Source: a virus. From it: DNA of 64,000 bases. Location: positions 1 to 64,000 of IMG/VR virus record IMGVR_UViG_3300036985_002246. One strand, given 5' to 3'. The first letter of the stretch is position 1. Each line of letters opens with the position of its first letter. Shown here one piece after another: positions 1 through 8,780 of this stretch. The translations under genes were made by a program, and so were the position numbers. The notes under the pieces are model-generated. The model was not told where the DNA came from. It made no database searches and worked only from the letters and a program-made list of their open reading frames with translations.

Positions 1-96
1 AGGGCTCCCTCAGGACAGGGCTCCCTCAGGACAGGGCTCCCTCAGGACAGGGCTCCCTCAGGACAGGGCTCCCTCAGGGCAGGGCTCCCTCAGGGC
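1..96. repeat. Tandem array of a 16-bp unit AGGGCTCCCTCAGG(A/G)C, 6 copies (may continue left of the window)
   Basis: Units start at 1, 17, 33, 49, 65 and 81; the last two end GGC. No spacers; unit length is not a multiple of 3. Confidence 0.95.
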
Positions 97-315
97 AGGG
101 GCAGGGAGCAGGCCCGAAGAGGCGAACTCGACGCCCCTGTCTGGTCCTGAAAGCTGCCGAAAACTGAACCGGCACTGATTCCGTTCAGATCAAAAGAGCG
201 CAATGGTTTTTCCCGGTGCAATCCTGCCGGGCAGTTTTCCAACCCGACGGAGTGAGACTCGCGTCGCGGACAGATTGACAGACCCCAGACCCAACCCGAC
301 CAAGGAGACGGCACT

Positions 316-1122
316 ATGATCGCGGCACAAGTTCTTCAGGCCACTGGCCTGCCCAATCTCACACCTGGGTTCGAGACGTGGTTCCAGCCGAGTGGTCTCC
401 CGGACTTCACGGGGATCTGGGGCACACCCCCAGCAACACGGCGTGCTCCCAGGAAGGCCCCCTCTCAGAGGAGCCTGCCCACGCTGCGCTCGAAGGAGAA
501 GGGTGAGCCTGCTGTCTCACTGCTTCGGCTGATCGACACCAATCTCTCCCGGAGGTCTCTGCCGACCCGCCCAGGGGAACAGCCTGCCAAGGGGATCGAC
601 CTGACTGTCCGTGGGGTCGAGGTCAGGAAGCTGTTCTACGCTGCGTTCGCTCGGGGGCTGGTCAAGGACGGCTACGACCCGGAGGAGGCCCTCCAGGAAG
701 TCTACCGGGGACTGCTCGCTCGCAATCTGGGTAAGTGCCCCTTCGACGCCAGCAAGTCGAGCTTCGGCCACTACGTCCATATTGTGACGCGGTGCGTCCT
801 GGCCAACTACATTCGCAAGGAGAAGCGCAGGCTCGCCCACGAGTCGGGTGAGTCCCAGCTAGGCTCCCCCGGAGAGAGCAACAGCTTCTCGATCCAAGAG
901 GCCCCCGACCGCCGCACCGGCACCATGATCGAACCTGGCTCAATCGAAGAACTGTCGGTCAGTATCGCGGGTGCTACTGGCTCAGACGTGATACAGGTAC
1001 GGGGCGCGCTCCAGTTGCTGGCGGACGGCCACCCTCGTCGGAAGGTGTGCGCTCTGCTCCAGGTGCAGCCGTCCTGGCTCGACGAAGTTCTTCGTGGGGC
1101 TCGGGCCTACCTGGTTGGTTGA
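316..1122 (+). CDS. Phage RNA polymerase sigma factor (sigma70/ECF-like)
   Basis: Region-2-like DPEEALQEVY...FDASKSSFGHYVHIVTRCVLANYIRKEKRR; C-terminal HTH-like LLADGHPRRKVCALLQV; start uncertain. Confidence 0.7.
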   Translation: MIAAQVLQATGLPNLTPGFETWFQPSGLPDFTGIWGTPPATRRAPRKAPSQRSLPTLRSKEKGEPAVSLLRLIDTNLSRRSLPTRPGEQPAKGIDLTVRGVEVRKLFYAAFARGLVKDGYDPEEALQEVYRGLLARNLGKCPFDASKSSFGHYVHIVTRCVLANYIRKEKRRLAHESGESQLGSPGESNSFSIQEAPDRRTGTMIEPGSIEELSVSIAGATGSDVIQVRGALQLLADGHPRRKVCALLQVQPSWLDEVLRGARAYLVG

Positions 1123-1400
1123 GCCAGTGACCCGCCAGGCCCCCCAGGGCAAGAATCTGTGGAACCGTTTGAAAGACTTACTGGGGGGACCCTAGGGGTC
1201 AAAAAAGCCAGATTGAACCGGCGTCGATTTTGGCACCCTCGATTTCAAATCGGGTTTGGAACCGGGAGCGGGGCAGGGTCTGGGGCTCCGCCCTGCACCC
1301 TGCCCCCGTAGCTGTTGCCCATAGCTGAACTGTGTCTGCCCCGGTCCCTGTGCCTGGCCATTGGCGTAAGGGGTGGAACCCTCACCCAATCGGACGGCAC

Positions 1401-2132
1401 ATGACTGAGACTGTGACCAGAACGCTCCAAGGGCAGGTCGCCAAGCTGATCCTCCAGAAGCGCCGCGAGGCTGCCCTCAAGCAGAAGGAACTCGGCGCAC
1501 TCCTCGGGCACGATCCCAAGAGCATTGCCGCCCAAGCCATGGTCTCCGACTGGGAGCGCGGGGTCCGGCCAATCTACCTCGAATCGGCTCAGAGGAGGAG
1601 CCTCGCGAAGTTCCTCGGCCTCACTGAGGTCGAACTGAACACCATGCTCCGGAAGGACGCCACCGCCCGGAAGAGGTGGTCCCGCCGCAACGACCGTCGC
1701 ATGACCAGGCCAGCGCCTCCAGACCAGGTGACTGCCCCGGTGCCTCCGGCTCCTGTGCCTCCGGCTCCTGTGCCTCCGGCTCCTGTGCCTGCTCCGAAGG
1801 TCGTGGTGACCAGGAAGACTGTGGCTGCTCCGGCTGCTCAGGAGGCTCCGGTCTTCAGCAAGCTCCGGGCTGCTGTCGCTGAGGGTAGGTCTGCCGCTGC
1901 TCCTGTGCCTGCTGCTGCGCCCGTGAGTTGGCCGTGGCGGGCCGAGCAGAGTGCTCGGGTGGTGGACCGGACCTCGCCTCGGTCTCTGCTGCTGCTCGCG
2001 CTCATGTCGGAGGACCCTCACTTCAAGGGGATCAGCCCGACTGCGGTCCTCAGGCTCATGGACAAGCTCGCCCGCGTCGAGGCCACCCTCCATGAGTCTG
2101 AGCAGCGGGAGGGTTCCCCTCGGAGCCCCTAG
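1401..2132 (+). CDS. XRE/Cro-C1 HTH regulator, paralog 1, with a Pro/Ala-rich linker
   Basis: KRREAALKQKELGALLG...MVSDWERG; 15-bp coding repeat x3 (PPAPV) at about 1740-1784. Confidence 0.8.
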   Translation: MTETVTRTLQGQVAKLILQKRREAALKQKELGALLGHDPKSIAAQAMVSDWERGVRPIYLESAQRRSLAKFLGLTEVELNTMLRKDATARKRWSRRNDRRMTRPAPPDQVTAPVPPAPVPPAPVPPAPVPAPKVVVTRKTVAAPAAQEAPVFSKLRAAVAEGRSAAAPVPAAAPVSWPWRAEQSARVVDRTSPRSLLLLALMSEDPHFKGISPTAVLRLMDKLARVEATLHESEQREGSPRSP

Positions 2133-2302
2133 AACCGCTGGGTAACTTTTCTGGGATCGGGTCCTTGATTCAGAATCCCTCTGTGGGGTCCGGGGCGAAA
2201 TTCTTGGGGTAGCGTCTGGATTGGGTGGTTAGGCGTAACCTCTGTGATACCGGGACTGCGTACCCCTCAACCAGAGCGGTCCCTGGGGAGATTGGAAGAC
2301 AC

Positions 2303-3031
2303 ATGGCAAAGTCAGTTCAGGGTCAGGTAGCGAAGCTGTTGGTGGCGTACCGGACGGCAGCAGGTCTGTCGCAGACGGAGCTAGCCCAGAAGATCGGTCT
2401 TCAGGGCTCGGGCTCTCAGGTCCGCGTCTCCTACTGGGAGCGTGGGGTCTACGGGGTCAGCGCGGAGCCGAAGGTGCTCAAGACCCTCGCCAAGCTCCTC
2501 GGGCTGAGCCTCGACGACCTGAACAAGAAGATCGCCTCCGACGAGAGGGCACGTCTCCCCCTCAAGAAGTCTCGCGGTGCCGCCAAGAAGGCCGCCAAGT
2601 CCGCCGCTGCTGAGGAGGCTCCTGCGACGGTGGACCAGAAGGCGGTCGAGACGTACCTCAAGGGAGAGGTCGCCCTCCAGGCGGCTCAGGGGGTCAAGAC
2701 GCTCAAGACCGAGTTCAAGAACCCGGCAAAGGCTCCCCCCACAATTCCCCCGTCGCTCGTCTCAGGTGCGAGCGCGCCCGTCAGTGAGCGAGTCGCTGAA
2801 CTCACGGAGCTTCTCAATCTCCCCGTCGAGATCCCCACCAAGGCTGTGGCAGTCCCCTCCATGTCCAACGGGCTCTCCGCCCAGGAGCACCTCGCCGCTG
2901 CACTGCTCTCCGGAGAAGGCTCCGACATGAGCCCCGCCCGGTTCGTCAGGCTCGCCGAGCAGTACCGCAGGCTCTCCCACGCACTCTCCGAGCAGAGGCA
3001 GCTTCTCGCCCGCCCAGAATCCCGGCTGTGA
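2303..3031 (+). CDS. XRE/Cro-C1 HTH regulator, paralog 2
   Basis: YRTAAGLSQTELAQKIG...VSYWERG; shares QGQVAKL with paralog 1. Confidence 0.8.
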   Translation: MAKSVQGQVAKLLVAYRTAAGLSQTELAQKIGLQGSGSQVRVSYWERGVYGVSAEPKVLKTLAKLLGLSLDDLNKKIASDERARLPLKKSRGAAKKAAKSAAAEEAPATVDQKAVETYLKGEVALQAAQGVKTLKTEFKNPAKAPPTIPPSLVSGASAPVSERVAELTELLNLPVEIPTKAVAVPSMSNGLSAQEHLAAALLSGEGSDMSPARFVRLAEQYRRLSHALSEQRQLLARPESRL

Positions 3032-3294
3032 CCGACCGCCGGGAGTACAACCCCCAAACCTGCCTGACCGCCCGCGAACTCCGGGAGGTCTGGGGGTTGT
3101 CAATCCCGGAATCGATCCCCGACGCAGCCTGGGTCTCCCGCACCGACATGAACGTCTCCTTGGAGGACGTTCATGACGGGGAAGCCGGAGACAAGAACCT
3201 CGTCCTCAACTTCAGAGTCGAGTTCCACCGGCCCTTCGAGTGGATCGAGGCGTCCTTCGTGATCGGACCCGGTGCAAACCATGACGAAGGCTGA
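3028..3294 (+). CDS. Hypothetical protein
   Basis: GTGA overlap with upstream stop; coding-like composition. Confidence 0.65.
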   Translation: MTDRREYNPQTCLTARELREVWGLSIPESIPDAAWVSRTDMNVSLEDVHDGEAGDKNLVLNFRVEFHRPFEWIEASFVIGPGANHDEG

Positions 3295-3544
3295 ACAGGT
3301 CAGGGAGACCCTCACAGAGGAGAACCCCAACGCCCTCTTCGCTGACGGACTCGACGAAGCCCTCGTCGGCGTCGCCCGACGCTGCGGTCAACCCACGCTC
3401 GCCGTCTACGACTACGAGAAGGTCGTGGAGGTCTTCGTGGGGCAGGGCATGACCTACGAAGACGCCGTCGAGTGGGTCGAGTTCAACGTCGTCGGAGCTT
3501 GGTTCGGGGAAAACACCCCCGTCTGGCTCTGCCGACCCGAGTGA
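3281..3544 (+). CDS. Phage-type hypothetical protein
   Basis: ADGLDEALVG...YDYEKVVE...MTYEDAVEWVEFNVVGAW resembles a small protein family I recall from phages. Confidence 0.75.
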   Translation: MTKAEQVRETLTEENPNALFADGLDEALVGVARRCGQPTLAVYDYEKVVEVFVGQGMTYEDAVEWVEFNVVGAWFGENTPVWLCRPE

Positions 3545-3547
3545 GAC

Positions 3548-3727
3548 GTGCCCTACCGAACAGCCCCAGTCCTGAGTGCTGCTGACCTGCTCAGGCAAGA
3601 GGCCGCTGAGATCCGCGACCAGTGGACTAGCAGGGCTGAGTCCTTCGCTCGGTGCGTCTCCCTCGGCCATGCCGGTGACCTGGAGAAGCGCGCACGAGTG
3701 CTCGACGCCGAAGAGAGATCGGAGTAA
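3548..3727 (+). CDS. Small hypothetical protein (59 aa, not in ORF track)
   Basis: GTG...TAA open frame fills the gap between two genes: VPYRTAPVLSAADLLRQEAAEIRDQW. Confidence 0.55.
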   Translation: MPYRTAPVLSAADLLRQEAAEIRDQWTSRAESFARCVSLGHAGDLEKRARVLDAEERSE

Positions 3728-3734
3728 CTCGACC

Positions 3735-4091
3735 ATGTCTGACAACGACGGTGTTTCCGGGGCAGCCTCAATCCTGGCGGCTGAGGACCGGAGGATCTCG
3801 TTCATGCTCCTCCTGCTCGACCGGCTCCACGGAGACGTGGACTTCGCCATGCTCAATCCTCGGGATTACACCGAGTACGTCATGCTTTCCATGGACAAGG
3901 ATTGCTATGAGCCGGAGACGCGGGCCACTGGTATCGCTGCGGGGTTCATGGGCACCTGGTTCTCTAAGGGACTCACTCGGGCAATCTTCGTCCAGAAGGA
4001 CATTGCTCGGGGACTGATCCTCACTGGGAAGAAGGAGAACCTCGCTGAGCACATGACTCCCCGTGGGTTCTCCCCAATCGGTGGGACATGA
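3735..4091 (+). CDS. Hypothetical protein
   Basis: 3' part of ORF 3576..4091; ATG at 3735; ATGA overlap with next gene. Confidence 0.6.
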   Translation: MSDNDGVSGAASILAAEDRRISFMLLLLDRLHGDVDFAMLNPRDYTEYVMLSMDKDCYEPETRATGIAAGFMGTWFSKGLTRAIFVQKDIARGLILTGKKENLAEHMTPRGFSPIGGT

Positions 4092-4849
4092 GGCCGCACC
4101 TCTGCACCCAATGCCACTACCGGAACTCAACCTACCTCGGGCAGGTCGAGTTGACGGCAAGCTGTGACCACCCGGCCCTGCAACCTGAGGGTCGCGACCT
4201 CACCGTGACCGAGTTCCACGCCCCTGACTGGTGCCCCCTCGGATTGGTCCAGCCGATCAAGCGTGGGTTGATCGACTTGCCCGAGAACCCCTCCGTGGAG
4301 CTTCCTGTGGTGGACACACTCGGGAAGGCGCTCGCTGAGTGGGCCGTGCGCGGGAACCTGGTCCACGAGGACAAGCCCGACCCCCGCGTCCCCGTCCTCG
4401 TCGTCGAGGGCACCCAGGTCGCTGCCCTGTCGCTCCTCGACCGCACTGCCGTGTACGGGGACCCGTCCGTGATCCAGGACGAAGCCTACAATCTCGACCG
4501 GAACGACCCGGACTTCAATCTGAAAGTCCGCGAGGCCGCCCTTCAGTACGAGAAGGACTTCCAGCGCCTGGTGGACAGCGAGTTTGACCACGGGAGGAAG
4601 GAAGCCTACCTGGCCTCTGAGCCCAAGTCCGTGGGTGGGTTCACCGAGCGTGGTGAGATCCCCGTCACACCTCTCCCTGACGGGCAAAAGACCGTCGGCT
4701 GGTTCGCCTACCTGAACAAGAACCACGACCCCTGCCTGCACCGTGGCCCCGAGTGCAACTGCGTCTGCCACGCTCGCCCAATCCTTCACGACCGGGCGTG
4801 CTGCAAGCCGTGCCCCGAGTGCGGGTTCCGGACCCCCACGGAGACCTAG
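4088..4849 (+). CDS. Hypothetical protein with Cys-rich, probably Zn-binding, N- and C-termini
   Basis: CTQC...CDHP...PDWCP at the N-terminus; CNCVC...CCKPCPECG at the C-terminus. Confidence 0.7.
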   Translation: MRPHLCTQCHYRNSTYLGQVELTASCDHPALQPEGRDLTVTEFHAPDWCPLGLVQPIKRGLIDLPENPSVELPVVDTLGKALAEWAVRGNLVHEDKPDPRVPVLVVEGTQVAALSLLDRTAVYGDPSVIQDEAYNLDRNDPDFNLKVREAALQYEKDFQRLVDSEFDHGRKEAYLASEPKSVGGFTERGEIPVTPLPDGQKTVGWFAYLNKNHDPCLHRGPECNCVCHARPILHDRACCKPCPECGFRTPTET

Positions 4850-5067
4850 TGAAGCGCAAGTCCTCGAAGCTCAAGTCGGTCAAAGCCCGTGCGTGGGAGT
4901 TCGCCGCTCAACTCCTGGAGTGGCACGCCCGTGCTGACCGTGGGGGTGTGACCCCTGACCTGTCATTTCTGCCGGAGCTTGAGCACATTCGAGTAGCCGT
5001 GGTCCCAGCACTCAAGCGGCGGGCAGAGATCGTCGAACGCAACCAATCCAAGCGAAAGTCCCAATGA
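4849..5067 (+). CDS. Hypothetical protein
   Basis: GTG overlapping upstream TAG; ATGA overlap downstream. Confidence 0.55.
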   Translation: MKRKSSKLKSVKARAWEFAAQLLEWHARADRGGVTPDLSFLPELEHIRVAVVPALKRRAEIVERNQSKRKSQ

Positions 5068-5420
5068 CGACCCGGCGTAGCGACCACCCCACCTGTCAAT
5101 ACTGCGGCACGCCGCTTCCCTTCCAGACGCTGAAGGGCACGGCGATCCAAATCGTGGGGGACTGCCCCAGGGACTCGTGCCCGAACCCAGAGCGGTTCGC
5201 AAGGGAGCGCCAAGAGGCGTTTAGCTTCTACGCCCGTGTGCTCGGGGCTCTCCTTCTCACAGGATTGGGCCTCGCCGCGTACTGCCTCTTCACCTTGAAG
5301 TTGGAGCAGACCATGGCGCAGGATTGCAGAGATCGTGGTGGGGAGTGGGCTCCCGTCAGAGGGGGTATCCTTGGACTCCCGACTGGGACTGGTGTCTGCG
5401 CTGAACACGGGAGACGGTGA
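5064..5420 (+). CDS. Zn-ribbon plus single-TM membrane protein
   Basis: CQYCG...CPRDSC; hydrophobic VLGALLLTGLGLAAYCLF. Confidence 0.65.
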   Translation: MTTRRSDHPTCQYCGTPLPFQTLKGTAIQIVGDCPRDSCPNPERFARERQEAFSFYARVLGALLLTGLGLAAYCLFTLKLEQTMAQDCRDRGGEWAPVRGGILGLPTGTGVCAEHGRR

Positions 5421-5427
5421 GACCAAT

Positions 5428-5805
5428 ATGCTGTGTGTGAAGACGAAGCTCCGTCCCTCTGGTATCCACGGGGTCGGGTTGTTCGCTGACGAGCCGATCG
5501 TAGCTGGCACGATCGTGTGGAAGTTCGACGAGGGGCTCGACCAGAGGTTCTCGGAGGGGTTCTACGCCACGCGGAACGCCATGCTCAAGGAGTTCCTGTT
5601 CACCTATGCGTGGCTCGACGCGAGCGGGTGGATCCTCTGCGCTGACGACGCACGGTTCGTGAACCACTCGGCGCTCCCCAATCTCGGGGGAGGAAAGGCC
5701 CTCGTGTCAATCGCCCTCAGGGACATTTACCTCGGTGAGGAACTCACGGAGGACTACGAGACGTTCGACCTCGACTTCCCCGCCTACGAAAAGACCCTGC
5801 TGTGA
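5428..5805 (+). CDS. SET-domain protein (putative lysine methyltransferase) 1
   Basis: SGIHGVGLFA, ARFVNHS, ALRDI..GEELTEDY SET motifs. Confidence 0.88.
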   Translation: MLCVKTKLRPSGIHGVGLFADEPIVAGTIVWKFDEGLDQRFSEGFYATRNAMLKEFLFTYAWLDASGWILCADDARFVNHSALPNLGGGKALVSIALRDIYLGEELTEDYETFDLDFPAYEKTLL

Positions 5806-6008
5806 CCACCAAGAAGGAAATGCTGGTCAATCTCTGGGTCGCCCAGAAGCTCGAAGACCTCGCTGTTCAGGTCAGGGCGGGGAACCTCACTCGCCTGGAG
5901 TTCAACTGGCAGGGCGGGGAGGACTTCGACCTGAAGTTCACCCCGATCCACCCCATGACGGTTATCTCCATTCCGCTCGTCGTGGACGCAAAGGAAACTT
6001 CCGAGTGA
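5802..6008 (+). CDS. Hypothetical protein
   Basis: GTGA overlaps at both ends. Confidence 0.6.
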   Translation: MTTKKEMLVNLWVAQKLEDLAVQVRAGNLTRLEFNWQGGEDFDLKFTPIHPMTVISIPLVVDAKETSE

Positions 6009-7264
6009 CCCTCCCTCAGTACACGCTCGCTCAGCAGGATTGCGTGACGTGGCTCAAGACCCTCCCTGACGAGTCTGTGGACCTCGTGGTCACCGACTAC
6101 GCCTACGAGTCCCTGGAGAAGCACCGGGCGACGGGCACGACTACCCGGCTCAAGGTGAGTGACGGCTCCTCGAACGAGTGGTTCGAGATCTTCCGGAACG
6201 TCCGTGTGCCTGGCCTGCTCACCGAGCTTTTCCGGGTCATGAAGAAGGACTCCCACCTCTACATGATCTCCGACCAGGAGACTATGATTGACGTGGTCCG
6301 CCCAATGGGCCGGGCCGCCGGGTTCACCTTCTGGAAGTCGATCGCCTGGGTCAAGACCAAGGGGAAGGCCGCCGAGATCGACCTCGACGCTGACCTGACG
6401 GCGGACCAGGTCAAGATCGGAATGGGCTACCACTGGCGCAACTCGAAGGAGGAGGTCTCCTTCCTGGAGAAGGGCAAGCGCAAGCTCAACTTCCTCGGCT
6501 GGCCTGACGTGCTCCCTGCACCCCGAGTGGACAGAGGTTGTCAATGCGAGAAGCCAACGTGGATTTCCTCAGCACTCCTTGGGGAAGGGCTCGCCCAAAC
6601 ACAAAAGGATACCTCCAGGTCAAGTGCGGTGGGAGACTCAAACTCGTCCATGTCCTCATGTGGGAGCGGCACCACGGACCCGTCCCCTGCGGGTTCAACG
6701 TCCACCACAGGAACGAGAACAAGAGAGATTGGGGGATTGAGAACCTCGAACTCCTCTCCCTCACCGACCACAAGAGACACCACTCCAAGTCCTGTGAACT
6801 CAGGGGTGGGACTTGGTGGGAACGCTGCCTTGTCTGTGGTGAGTTCAAACCCCTTGACGACTCAAACTGGTACTTCACCAAGCGAAGCCAGCAATCTTGG
6901 CCACTCTCACGGTGCCGACCCTGCCACTCCAGGTACGCCGTCGAATGCAAGCAGCGACGACGTGTGCGTGCTTTGCGGAAGGACTAGGAAGCCCTGGCCC
7001 ACGGAGAAGCCGGTGTCGCTGCTGTCCAAGCTGATCGAGAACTCAAGCTCTCCCGGCGAGCTAGTGATCGACCCGTTCATGGGGAGTGGCTCCTGCGGCG
7101 AGGCCGCCCTCCGATTGGGCCGGAACTTCGCCGGGTGTGACCTCTCCGACAGGGCGCTCCAGACGGCTCGCGCCAGGCTCGCGCGCCTCGGCACAGAGGT
7201 GGCCCTCCCCCTGCGGGATACCTCCTTCGAGGAAATGTTCGGGGTGTCTCTCAATGAAGCCTGA
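6005..7264 (+). CDS. N6-adenine/N4-cytosine DNA methyltransferase (beta-class motif order) with a 152-codon in-frame insertion
   Basis: Motif IV VVTDYAY; PTEKP; motif I VIDPFMGSGS; residues encoded by 6539-6994 are Ser/Thr-rich shadow-frame sequence. Confidence 0.85.
   Translation: MTLPQYTLAQQDCVTWLKTLPDESVDLVVTDYAYESLEKHRATGTTTRLKVSDGSSNEWFEIFRNVRVPGLLTELFRVMKKDSHLYMISDQETMIDVVRPMGRAAGFTFWKSIAWVKTKGKAAEIDLDADLTADQVKIGMGYHWRNSKEEVSFLEKGKRKLNFLGWPDVLPAPRVDRGCQCEKPTWISSALLGEGLAQTQKDTSRSSAVGDSNSSMSSCGSGTTDPSPAGSTSTTGTRTREIGGLRTSNSSPSPTTRDTTPSPVNSGVGLGGNAALSVVSSNPLTTQTGTSPSEASNLGHSHGADPATPGTPSNASSDDVCVLCGRTRKPWPTEKPVSLLSKLIENSSSPGELVIDPFMGSGSCGEAALRLGRNFAGCDLSDRALQTARARLARLGTEVALPLRDTSFEEMFGVSLNEA
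6544..6987 (+). mobile_element. HNH homing endonuclease nested in an alternative frame inside the methyltransferase
   Basis: VHVLMWERHHG...VHHRNENKRDWGIENLELL (HNH_3 type) plus C-terminal CxxC...CxxC; own SD AGAGG; flanked by GAGAAGCC direct repeats (6548, 7004). Confidence 0.85.
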
Positions 7265-7664
7265 GCACCTACGGGACGGGACCACGTCCCGCAAGAAGCT
7301 CGGTCTGCCCCTGGAGGTCTACGCGATCCTCGGGCCTCGGGACCAAGAGGTTCTGGTCACCCTGGTGAACGGCAGGTTCCGGGAGGAGCACTTCAACTGC
7401 AACCCCAGGCACCAGTCGCTCTTGCAGACGGTCATGGTTCAGATCCCCGGAGAGAAGTCCTCCCGCCCAATCTCGATCGACCGACTCACCCAGTGGGCCT
7501 CCGACCGACCTGCCCCGGTGGTCGTGGTGGAACCACCGAAGCCACCACCTCCTGTGACGCAGCCACAGGGTGGTCGGTGCCCGCATTGCAAGGGACTCCG
7601 ACGGCACCCGCCTGAGTGTCCAGGCCGGAAGAAGCCAAAGGGAGTCCTCAATGTACGCAGTTAG
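7254..7664 (+). CDS. Hypothetical protein with a C-terminal CPHC motif
   Basis: ATG at 7254 overlaps the end of the MTase. Confidence 0.6.
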   Translation: MKPEHLRDGTTSRKKLGLPLEVYAILGPRDQEVLVTLVNGRFREEHFNCNPRHQSLLQTVMVQIPGEKSSRPISIDRLTQWASDRPAPVVVVEPPKPPPPVTQPQGGRCPHCKGLRRHPPECPGRKKPKGVLNVRS

Positions 7665-7986
7665 GGTCTGCTCGTTCACGTCGCTCGACGACCTCCCGAA
7701 GAAGTCCTACGGGGACCGGCAGGCGGTCTTGCGGGCAATCACCACGGCAGGCCGGTTCTCGGTCTTCGAGGCGACCTCCACGCTGAAGCTCGCCACGACC
7801 CTGGAGTTCCTGGGGCAGAACAAGCTCTACAAGACCACGGGCGGCGAGTACCCGTGGGTCGAGGTCAAGATCACCCGAGCGGGGAAGAAGTTCCTGGCCA
7901 CGGGCGAGTGGGTCGCCGTCCCAGCGAAGACGGCGCTCCCGGCCACCCTGAAGCCGCTACCTGTTCTATCGGGGCGTTCCAGGTAG
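7651..7986 (+). CDS. Hypothetical protein, possibly winged-helix
   Basis: YPWVEVKITRAGKKFL resembles a wHTH wing. Confidence 0.6.
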   Translation: MYAVRVCSFTSLDDLPKKSYGDRQAVLRAITTAGRFSVFEATSTLKLATTLEFLGQNKLYKTTGGEYPWVEVKITRAGKKFLATGEWVAVPAKTALPATLKPLPVLSGRSR

Positions 7987-7990
7987 AGCC

Positions 7991-8752
7991 ATGACCACCC
8001 TCCGAAGCCGCCTGATCCACCTCGCGCACTCCAACCCCAGCCTCCGGGGTCAGATCCTCCCCCTGCTCAAGCAGGCTGCGGTGGACCCTGACAACCTCGC
8101 CACCTGGGTGAAGACCTACGAGGAGCAACTCAAGCTGGCAATACAGAAGAACCCGGAGAAGTACGCCTACGGGATGGACGAAGTGCCCGCCGTGATGAAG
8201 AAGTTTACCCAAGCCTTCGAGAAGGGTGGCTTCAACCACGAAAGCGACACAGTCAAAGCTACCTGTCGCGTCCTCGGGATCAAGCACACCAAAACAGCGA
8301 TCAAGGACTACCTCAACGGCTCAGCAGGCAAGACCGCAGGCTGCGAGAAGCTCCCCGAAGGCGGAATGCGCGACAACTGCGAGGCGAAGAAGGAAGAGGG
8401 CAAGGAGTCCGCCGACAAGAAGGCGTCCTCGGCTGTGATCCGCAAGACGATCGGCATGAAGGTCCGGATCCTCAAGCAGGAGCGCGTCCAGCCTGTCGGG
8501 CTCGCTGAGGAGTACCTCGTTCGAGGGTCGATTGCCTTGGACTTCGGCGAGGGTCACCCCCCTGAGGCGATCTACTTCGGGGCCACAGTCCTCCTGATTG
8601 AGGGCTCCTCCTGGGTGGTCACCTCCTTCGGGCTGAAGAAGACCGTCTCGGGCGGCGGTGCCGACGTTCTCCTCGGGGTGCTGAAGTCAGCCCTTCAGGA
8701 AGCCCTCAGGCTGAAGGGCAAGTCCCTGCTCGACACCAGCAGCCTCGACTGA
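7991..8752 (+). CDS. Modular hypothetical protein, candidate virion/internal protein
   Basis: N-terminal LRSRLIHLAHSNPSLRGQILPLL tag is shared with the ORF at 63916. Confidence 0.75.
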   Translation: MTTLRSRLIHLAHSNPSLRGQILPLLKQAAVDPDNLATWVKTYEEQLKLAIQKNPEKYAYGMDEVPAVMKKFTQAFEKGGFNHESDTVKATCRVLGIKHTKTAIKDYLNGSAGKTAGCEKLPEGGMRDNCEAKKEEGKESADKKASSAVIRKTIGMKVRILKQERVQPVGLAEEYLVRGSIALDFGEGHPPEAIYFGATVLLIEGSSWVVTSFGLKKTVSGGGADVLLGVLKSALQEALRLKGKSLLDTSSLD

Positions 8753-8758
8753 TCCACT

Positions 8759-8780
8759 GTTCACCTGAGGTCAGGTGAAC
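8759..8780. terminator. Inverted repeat GTTCACCTGA-GG-TCAGGTGAAC between convergent genes
   Basis: Perfect 10-bp arms at a convergent gene junction; no U-tract, so function is uncertain. Confidence 0.35.

Noticed and set aside
1-96. CRISPR array
   Set aside because: Repeats are directly adjacent with no unique spacers, and no cas genes are in the window.
5735-6004. N-terminal extension of the MTase given by the ORF track
   Set aside because: It overlaps the SET gene and the 5802 ORF; GTG at 6005 with a GTGA overlap is the plausible start.
6539-6994. Intein or group I intron in the methyltransferase
   Set aside because: No His-Asn/Cys intein C-terminus, and the insert is filled entirely by the HNH ORF, leaving no room for a ribozyme core.
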